This document shows positions 49,400 to 57,923 of a stretch of DNA of 64,000 bases, one piece after another. Under the pieces are notes generated by a model. It had not been told where the DNA came from. It made no database searches and saw only the letters and a list, made by a program, of their open reading frames with translations. The position numbers were made by a program, and so were the translations under genes. Each line of letters starts with the position of its first letter. Positions within the stretch are counted from its first letter, which is position 1. Source of the DNA: Asterias rubens (Eukaryota); assembly GCF_902459465.1 (NCBI RefSeq), contig NC_047081.1:10230001-10294000 (forward strand), written 5' to 3'.

Positions 49400-52300
49400 C
49401 TATTCAAATTGTTTGTGACCCTTACTCTTCTTTGACTTAGTCAAGCCAGAAGCCTTCTCTGTCTTATCCAGTATCTAAAAAAGGAAAAAAAAACAGAGAT
49501 AAACAAAATGTTAAATGAGATACGTATGTGTGAAATGACAAGTGTAGTTCTAATTTGAAGATAAAGAATGTTGGGACTAAACGTTTGTAGAATAATAAAC
49601 ATTTACATACCCTGTCAACTCCACGCTTCTTCTTCTTCCTTCTTGCCTGGTTGAGCTTGGACACCCGGTCTAATTTCAGTTTCTTCCAGTAGCTGTCCTC
49701 GTCCTCGCCTGTTAAAAAATGTTCAAAATAATCCAAATAATCTTGGAATACACTAGACTTTCACAAAATTCCTTTGAACAACTTTCACAAAATTTACTGT
49801 TTTTTTGTATTGTGCTTTTATTACCATGTATTGATTAGTTTTGATTAAAAAAAACAGTGCATGAATGAATGCATGGAAATAAATAAACAAAAAAACAAAC
49901 AAACACACAGAAACACACCTGACAAAAGGGTCACTTTAAATTGGACGTCCTCGTTCTTGAGCTTGCTCGCTTGCTCAAGAACAGCCTTAGCGCCCTCGGC
50001 TGATTCCAACCGCACAAAGCCACCCTTGTCCCCGTCCTTGAGGTCAACATAAGCCACTGGAGACATCTCCTGTATCTGCTCCTGTGAAAATAAGGGAGGC
50101 CAATCGGATCAGACGTAGGGGGGAGAACACTCTCAACAAAGACGACGGGGCTTACAACCTCCAGAACATTTACGACCATTTAGTCCAAACCATGCCTACA
50201 ACGCCCTCCATGTCCACTAAGCTTGGGCGATATCGATCTATTTTATTCACAATGTATCGCCGACAATATATCGCGATATTCGATATAATGGCGATTAATT
50301 AAATTTGACATCATCAGTCTTCAAACTCCAAGTGAAAGTTGTATAAGAGACAGTCATAGCATAAGAGAGGTGTTCTAATGACCTATTCTTCTGGTTTTAC
50401 TCCAAACCTATGGGGTGCAAGATGTCTCAGCTAGGAAATACATGCGAAATTGCGATACTTAATCGATATCGCGATATATCGATATTTCGAAACCATTTTC
50501 AAACTAGTATCGCGATATTCGATAATATCGTGGTATCGCCCAAGCTTTATGTCCACCAAGAAAGGGTATAAAAGGCAGTTGGGTATTGTACATCGTCACC
50601 AGTCTGTCGAAGCTCCTAGCTTAGGAGTGAAGCGTAACTACTAAATTATATGTTAAGTAACATCATACATAATATGGGATTTGTAAAAACGAATCTTTTT
50701 AATTCATAATAACCCAACCTTTCAGTTTAATTTAACACATTTACTTCCATATTGATGTGAAAGAAAAGGAGCGTGTGGACATACTCGGACATTCTTGCGG
50801 GATGCAAACGGTTTGTTGCTGTCAATTTTCAGGACTACACCGGGAACAAACTCTGGTTCTGTAGATTTCGTTTGGCTGACAGCTGCCTGTAAATAACAAC
50901 AACCAAGTATTTTAGTATAACCCTAGTACCTCAAAGCAGTATCTGTTAATACAAATATTACAAAATTGTTACAGAATTAACAAACCAACATTTTTAAATT
51001 ATTGGTTAAATTGAACGTCTCAACTGCCTTCTTAAAATATCACCAGATTTTCTCAAATGTTGAGAACACCTAAAGAAATAAGAGGAATAACTGGATGAAA
51101 ATGATGAGGGAAAGCTACTAACAACATCTGATTTGAAGATGCAGAACAGAGGTGCGTTTTGACAATCATAACCAGTGACCTTGGCCAGTGATATAACCAA
51201 TTGGCAATTCAATCAAAACATTTATCGGTTTTGACTGCCAAAACGCATCCCCAGGGAAAGACGCGGTAAGATGGAAACCAACGATGTTTTACATGGTTTT
51301 TTTAGAGGCTACTAACATAGGGGTTGATTAGAGCAGGCCTGAAACTTCACGGAAGCAACAAAGGCGATTGCCTCCATGCAATGCCCTTGAAACAATCCAG
51401 TAGACATTTTACACTTTCCTCATAGGGTGCCCTTAACCAAGGAGAAAATAGCTTGGTGCCCTTGCCCTTTCAAAAACAAAGCATACATGCCTGTTTAGAA
51501 ATCACCCTGGGGTGAGTTAGGTGGTTTATCAGAAAGGGATGAGGAGTGGACGTCAGATTTAATTAAAGGCAGTGGACACTATTGGTTATTATTCAAAATA
51601 ATTATTAGCATAAAACCTCACTTAGTAACTGGTAAAAACGGAGTTTTCGAGAAAGAAGCAATTTTCCACGATTTTGATTTCGAGACCTCAGATTTTGAAT
51701 TTGAGGTCTCGAAATCAAGCATCTGAAAGCACACAACTTCGTGTGACAAGGGTGTTTCTTCTTTTCTTATTATCTTGCAACTTTGACGATCGATTGAGCA
51801 ACAATTTTCACAGGTTTGTTATTTTATGCATATGTTGAGATGCACCAAGTGAGAAGACTGGTCTTTGACAATTACCAAGTGTCCAGAGTCTTTAAACAAA
51901 AAAAACTTCTTACCGCCTTTTTCTGCTTGTGGCCATTCTGACCCTTCTCTTGCAAGACCTTCTTCATATCCTTTCTGCTCGTCTTCTGCATCGCGAGGTA
52001 CTCTTTCTTCAGTTCTAACCAATTCTTCCTAAAAAGATTGCAAGATTAATATTCCGTATCACTTTCAGTGCACTGTACTGTCGAGCTGGCTCTGCGAGAC
52101 TAGATTTAAATTAGACTTATTTTGGTTATACACAAGTAGGCCTACAATATGTTTATAATAGAAATTGCCTATAAGCTCTCATGCTTAAAATACATAAAAA
52201 TATGATACAAAGTAATAATAATAATAATTAATAATAATAAAGAACAATTTATAAAGCGATAAACAAAAGCAGAACGATTCCGCCTCAATGCGCTGAAACA

Positions 52301-55300
52301 AACAAAATAAAAGTCTGGACAAGACAAGTTCATACAAAGCAAAGTTTTACACAAAAATATAGCAAAATAATTAATGAAACTAGATAATATAGAAAACTGA
52401 CAAAAAGTTACAATGTAAATCAACCTGTTAAAAAAGAAAAGATGAGACTTACAATAGAAAACACAATATAAAAAATACTGTTAAAAAAACACAATTCTAA
52501 CAGCATATTCATTTTACAATGTTACAAACACAGTTAAAAAATGGCAATACTGTATTCTTTAGAGCACTTAAAAACACCCGGGCATTATCAAAGCGCTCTC
52601 TATTTGCACCAACAGGATGAGCAGAATAAGAGCAACTACAAATATACATATTAATAGTAAACTTGCGGGTACAACCGTGGGTAAAATCTCTTTTGAAGGA
52701 GTGGTGGCTCTGAAAGGAGCCGGTTTGGTCTCGACGTTTCGAACAGTACACTCTGCTCGTCTTCATACACCATTTAGGATGAGCAGAGCTGCTATGTTCT
52801 GAATCATGCGAACTTTTAAGTAGCTCCTTCTAATGTTTTATTTTACCTACGACTTTACATCGCATTCAAAGCATGAAGAACAGTATGGTTAAGTGTCTCA
52901 CAGCACTTTTAACCACCCAACCTACAACAATAACATGCACACAAAGACATGTTGATACAAAACCTGACAATTCCCGCGTCTGAAATAAAAAACTTACTTT
53001 GGAATGACCCTAATCTGCAGCACGGGTGCTTCCAACTCATCTCTCTTATGCTTCCGGCCACGGCTTCTCTTCTTCTTCTTATCACCGTCCTCACCTCCCA
53101 ATGCCTCCGAGTCGGTCCTCGTCCTCTTTGCTTCCCCGCCGGCAATCCCCGCCTCCTTGCGACTCTTCTCCTTCACGCTGTCGACGCTGCTGATGGATTC
53201 ATCTCGTCTCCTCTTGTTTGCTTTGTCCTTTTGTGCACTTTTTGCCTCAAAGTCCAATCTGTCGTCTTCCCCGGACTGTTTCCGCTTTTTGGCGCTCTTT
53301 TGCTCTTTCGGTGTCTGCGCGTCTTTCTTGTTGGGCGTCTTTGTTTCTACTTCACGAGATGCCGTCGACTTCCTCTTTGACTTCTTCTCAAGCTGTGCTC
53401 CTTCCTCGACGTCTTGTGTCGCCTCGCTCGTCTCCCTCTTTCTCTTTAACAGTGTCGGCTCTGTGAGGATCAACCGTCCTTTCCTTGTCAGCGGGAATCT
53501 GCCGTCCAAAGGTTTCTCAGTTGTAGGATTGTCTAGAAGCTATAGTGAAAGAAAAAATGCCAAAGTGGCAATTATTAACTGAATTTAATAAATTTAAAGG
53601 TGTGTTACTTGTAGGATTGTTGAGAGAAAACAAAACAAAAACACCAATACAGGGCTACATAAATAAAAAAAAAATAAAAAAAATGACTGCCAAATAGAAA
53701 ATTTGATAAAACCTTTTTACCTTGCAGGCATTTGCAGCTTCATCAGGGGTCGTGAACTCTACAAAAGCAAATCCCTTAGTGTCTCTTGTGTACCTGTACT
53801 TAGGTATACTAATATAAGCAATGTTTCCACACGGGCTGAACATCTTCCTCAACATCTCCAAGTCCACATTATGAGGCAAGTTTTCCTTTTGGGTAGAAAA
53901 AGAGGAAAACATGTTCAATCATCAGGCATGATCTTTGGTCCTTGGGAAAAAATATACTTTATCGAGTAAGGCCGACTTAACTTACCTACATGTACACATG
54001 GTGTAGGCTTTAAAGACACTGGACACTATTGGTAATTGTCAAAGACCAGTCTTCTCACTTGGTGTATCTCAACATATGCATAAAATAACCAACCTGTGAA
54101 AGTTTGCACTCAATTGGTCGTTGAAGTTGCGAGATAATTATAAAAGAAAAAACACACAAAAATTGTGTGCTTTCAGATGCTTGATTTCGAGACCTCAAAT
54201 TCTAAATCCGAGGTTTCAAAATCATATTCGTGGAAAAATTACTTCTTTCTCGAAAACTATGTCACTTCAGAGGGAGCCGTTTCTCACAATGTTTTATACT
54301 ATCAACCTCTCCCCATTACTCATTACCAACTAAGGTTTTATGTTCATAATTATTTTGAGGAATTACCAATAGTGTCCACTGCCTTTAATCATGTTGCAAT
54401 GCCCTGAAATATTCTAGGTTCCTTACCACGTATACAGTTAAATCATTCTCATCGTATTTTGGTTTCTTCGGTGGATTCTTTCTCTTCACCCGTTTCTTAT
54501 CCTCACTGACCTAAATATCGTGAAAAGATAAATAATGTTATTTTAAATGTCACAATAAGACGGAAAAAAGTATATATAATAATCCATAATCTATTCTTCA
54601 AAATGATCTCACATGTTTTTTACAAGAAAATTTCCACTGAACCTAGAAGTTTTAGTAAAATATAAATTCAAGAAAAAAAGACGGTCAGGTTTCTGTAAAA
54701 CAATCGGAGCGTTAGAAAGCTGTTGTGTAACAGCCGTTCATCATCGTGTTGCCATGACTACTGCCAAACATGCACAGAAACTTGAACACCAGGTTACAAG
54801 ACGGCTATGACTGAGTTGTGCGTGTATTGCAAACTGGTTAAGATTACAGATACCGGTTTACAATACCTCTAAAAGATCGCAGTTTTCCATTGCTCTGACG
54901 ATGAGTGATGGATCTTTTGTCAGCAATTGCATACGGTTGAAGTTGGCGATGACAGAAACGTCAATACCTGGGGGAACAAAAACAATACTTGTTATTATTT
55001 TGTCATGAACTGTCCTCAACCAAGCAAGTTTTTGGCACACAGCAATCAAGAGTTTGGATACAGATAAGATTGTAGTACGATGTTACATCCCACATTTCTG
55101 CTCATTTCTTAATCACCATCCTATTGGCGCTTGCATTGTTGGATTCAAATCAACATCACGGGTGAGAGTCATTACTGACGAAAAAGTATGAAACTTGGAA
55201 ACAAACTCAAAGGTATGTTGAAATGATGCCATTTCTACCGATTGGCAACACCTGGGGTTATAGACTCCAAGGAGCTTTTGATAACAGTATCCAAAGCACT

Positions 55301-55883
55301 AGCCCACCTTGTTGAGCTGTCAATGGCTCCGCTTTTAACATCTGTCTCATCACTGTGATGAGACAGATGTTAAAAGCGGAGCCATTAACAGCTCAACAAG
55401 GTGGGCTACCAAAGCACTAGAGAAGTAGACAATTGAGCAGGATTTCTTTATTCGTGGAAAAAAATATTGTGTGATTTTCTTTTAGTCTGAATTCAGACAA
55501 AAGTCTGAACAATATCATCCCTGCAACATTTATTTCCATAGTATTGCACAATGAACAAGACACAAAATTATAAAGTTGGCCTATGAGGCGTAGTCATGTG
55601 TAATGAAACTCATTGTTAATTATTTACCCCCTCCCCAATTAGTCATTTGTGAATGTTCGGTGTTTTCATTTTTGTTTTTCTTACATCCGTCATCAGCTTT
55701 TTCCATCTCCTGTTTTATGAATCGATCTTTGCGGAGATTTGAATCGCCGAAGTAGAACTCGAGCTGCTTCTGGATGTCGCTCAGAACTTTCTTCAGACGC
55801 TTTCTCTTCTGCTTCTTCTCTTCGTTGCTCACACCCTCCGCACTTTTCGTTTTCGCGTCCATGGTAACACCTTCAGTAGTCAT
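49400..55883 (-). CDS. LARP7: La-related protein 7 (7SK RNP), 547 aa. Exons 55883-55685, 54967-54867, 54510-54427, 53885-53721, 53539-52998, 52028-51914, 50886-50785, 50081-49919, 49708-49611, 49474-49400
   Basis: La motif QLEFYFGDSNLRKDRFI; RRM1 TVYVENLP..YISIPKY..KGFAFVEF; basic linker; WLELKKEYLAMQK; EFVPGVVLKI; xRRM YVDLKDGDKGGFVR and EDSYWKKLKLDR. The spliced length of 1644 nt closes in frame. Confidence 0.93.
50084..50640 (+). mobile_element. Penelope-like element remnant: GIY-YIG C-terminal coding fragment plus a downstream decayed hammerhead
   Basis: KIREANRIRRRGENTLNKDDGAYNLQNIYDHLV fits the end of PLE GIY-YIG endonucleases (K.EAI.IR...MN.D.G.Y.L...Y..L). After removing the hAT insertion, CTGTCGA-a-GCTCCT/AGGAGT-GAAGC-GTA follows at 50604-50636. 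Confidence 0.75.
50218..50548. mobile_element. 331-bp hAT-type MITE inserted into a Penelope remnant
   Basis: TIR TAAGCTTGGGCGATA, perfect 8-bp TSD ATGTCCAC at 50210-50217 and 50549-50556, and CGATATCG subterminal repeats. Confidence 0.88.
51563..51895 (+). mobile_element. R1 (Kolobok-type) MITE in a LARP7 intron
   Basis: Family termini and internal GAGACCTCAGATTT segment, with TTAA ends. Confidence 0.8.
52648..52770 (-). mobile_element. Penelope-type pseudo-LTR fragment with a hammerhead motif mutated at C3
   Basis: Minus strand reads aTGAAGA-c-GAGCAG agtgta CTGTTC-GAAAC-GTC-gagacc, then hairpin GGCTC..GAGCC and ...GTACCCGCAAGTTTAC. Confidence 0.65.
54010..54388 (-). mobile_element. R1 (Kolobok-type) MITE, inverted, in a LARP7 intron
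   Basis: Reverse complement of the 35986 copy, with TTAA ends. Confidence 0.8.
55300..55408. repeat. 109-bp near-perfect palindrome (54-bp arms, 1-nt centre) flanked by a 9-bp direct repeat; probable hairpin MITE
   Basis: Arms 55300-55353 and 55355-55408 carry a single mismatch. CCAAAGCAC occurs at 55291-55299 and 55409-55417. Confidence 0.92.
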
Positions 55884-56273
55884 GGTTGTCCAGACCTTTT
55901 TAAAAATACAAAATCAAGTTTAGTATTTAACATGATATAAGAAGCATTTTATTTTCACATTTGTGTTGACTGGTTGTGGTTGGACGGTCTAGAGTAGTTT
56001 TAACGATTGCCTAATGTAGAGGGCCTAGCGATTTCTCACCTTACTATCATGACTACATTAATGTATGTAGCATTTACATAGCAAAGTCAGACCATCAATT
56101 AATCAATCAATCATCAGGAAAAATGTCCGCATTCCGTATTACAAAACTTTAAAAAAGGGAATCTCATTTTTGAGCATGATGTTTATTTGATAAATAAACT
56201 AGATACGCAATCAACATCATGATACTCATTCATAACTAACAAAAGAAAAAATGTTGCCAGAACATGGAAACTG

Positions 56274-56903
56274 GGTCGATTTCACAAAGATCTAAGATTG
56301 ATCGTAACTGCAAATCAATCGCAGTTGCTATGAAAATGGTGATGTCACAATACTAATTACTATGCCGGTGATACTGAAAAATTGTCTTGCGATGAATTTT
56401 ATGGGTCCTACTACTTGCCGTCAACTCGCCGTCAACTCACTTGCGCCGTCAACTCGCCGTCAACTCCTCCAATATACATTTAAAATCCACAAAAGAAGCA
56501 TAGAACTGTAAAGTATCAGCTCAAAGAGCATTCGCGTAAGTTTTAGGTCATATTTCGGAATAAAAATTGATTTTTTTTCTCGTGAAAAAAAATTCTCGAA
56601 GCCAAAAAACTGTCGGCCGCCATCTTGCTTTTTCACAATGATTAGTCTTGGCCCAAGATGTCAATGATAGGTACTTTTTTTTTATCAACACAAAGTCGTT
56701 TTTGTGAATGAATTTGTACCGAAAACCATGAGAAATATCTAGTTTAGCCCAGACTTAACACTTCCGTGCCCCCTTTTTATAGATTTTTCATGTAAATTTA
56801 ATGAGTTGACGGCACGAAAATGAGTTGACGGCGAGTTGACGGCAAGTCAGCGAGTTGACGGCAAGTAGTAGGACCGAATTTTATTGCTTTGTGAAATCGG
56901 CCC
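56274..56903. mobile_element. Harbinger-type MITE (CTG TSD) interrupted by a second element
   Basis: ctg-GGTCGATTTCACAAAG...CTTTGTGAAATCGGCCC-ctg. Confidence 0.75.
56404..56875. mobile_element. 472-bp nested MITE with perfect 26-bp TIRs, subterminal 11-mers and a 9-10-bp TSD (Mutator-like)
   Basis: TIR GGTCCTACTACTTGCCGTCAACTCGC. GCCGTCAACTC x4 on the left and its complement x4 on the right. Flanks are GAATTTTATG / GAATTTTATT. Confidence 0.85.
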
Positions 56904-57923
56904 CTGTTCCTCGTTCTGAGATGATAGCAGAACAAACCTCATATTATTAACTACAGTCACGATAGTTCTAGCCCCCCCCCCCCCCCATTAATATGATTAA
57001 ATATAAGCACTCTGCACTGTGCTGCAGCAGCACTCTGCTCTTCCATCCCACGCATGGCCCAGCGGTGCGTATTTTCACGTGTCTCTTTTCATTGGCACTG
57101 TAAATGTAATACTAATATTTAATTAATAAGTATAGCTCGTTATAAAGCATACAATTATTAGTTTATCTTTGCTGACTAGTGCAAGCTATGAACAAGTCTA
57201 AACATAGAAAAAAGTAAACCTTTATAAATACTGTACATTTTCTTACCAAAACCAGCTAGCAGATTAATCAACCACCACGAGAACTTGAGAATTAAAATCC
57301 ACATGCAACATGTGCTGCTGAAAGTGAAACACTTGACTTTTTCATGTAACCTGCACAACGTCCATGAAATGGTAATTGTCATGAAACAGCCGTTTGTTTA
57401 ACCCCATCAAATATATTTTGTCCTAGGTAAGTATAGACTTTATTGTATGTAAAACGTTAACCCTTTATTGATTCAGGGGAAATGTTTTCTCGTTTACCAC
57501 TGAAATTAAACTCGTTACAAATGTTTTGAAAATTGATGTATTTATTGATCTGGACTTTGTCAATTTATTTAACTTTTTATCACTAGTGAAGTTAAAATGC
57601 ACACAATTTTAGTATAAAACAATCATTAAATTCTTGCGGATGACTGACAAAATACCTAAAATATAGTGTAACACTTGTTAAAGTTTAGACAAAACATGTA
57701 AGGACTAAGTAATTTTGTGAAAGTCTAAATCTGATTGTATTTCAATGGTAACCCACCATCTGCATTCGAATGAGTACATGGTGAAACAGGGAATCACCCA
57801 AATCTGGGCCACGTATCATTTGCACGCAAGTACCGTATGTGGTACAAAATAGATCACTCAAAAATCACTTTAAAATCATCTTATTTGATTGTGAGTAAGA
57901 TATAAACACCACCGGAGTCAGAA

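Noticed and set aside
52949-53582. Hydrophobic plus-strand ORFs of 143-192 aa
   Set aside because: Antisense shadows of the Lys/Glu-rich LARP7 exon 53539-52998.
53605-53625. Short duplication of LARP7 exon sequence (TTGTAGGATTGT) in the adjacent intron
   Set aside because: Only about 12 bp with no flanking AG acceptor, so it cannot be supported as an alternative exon.
49400-55883. miR-302/367-like cluster in LARP7 introns
   Set aside because: No repeated AAGTGCTTCC-type hairpins are seen on either strand. Intronic structure is explained by transposon remnants.
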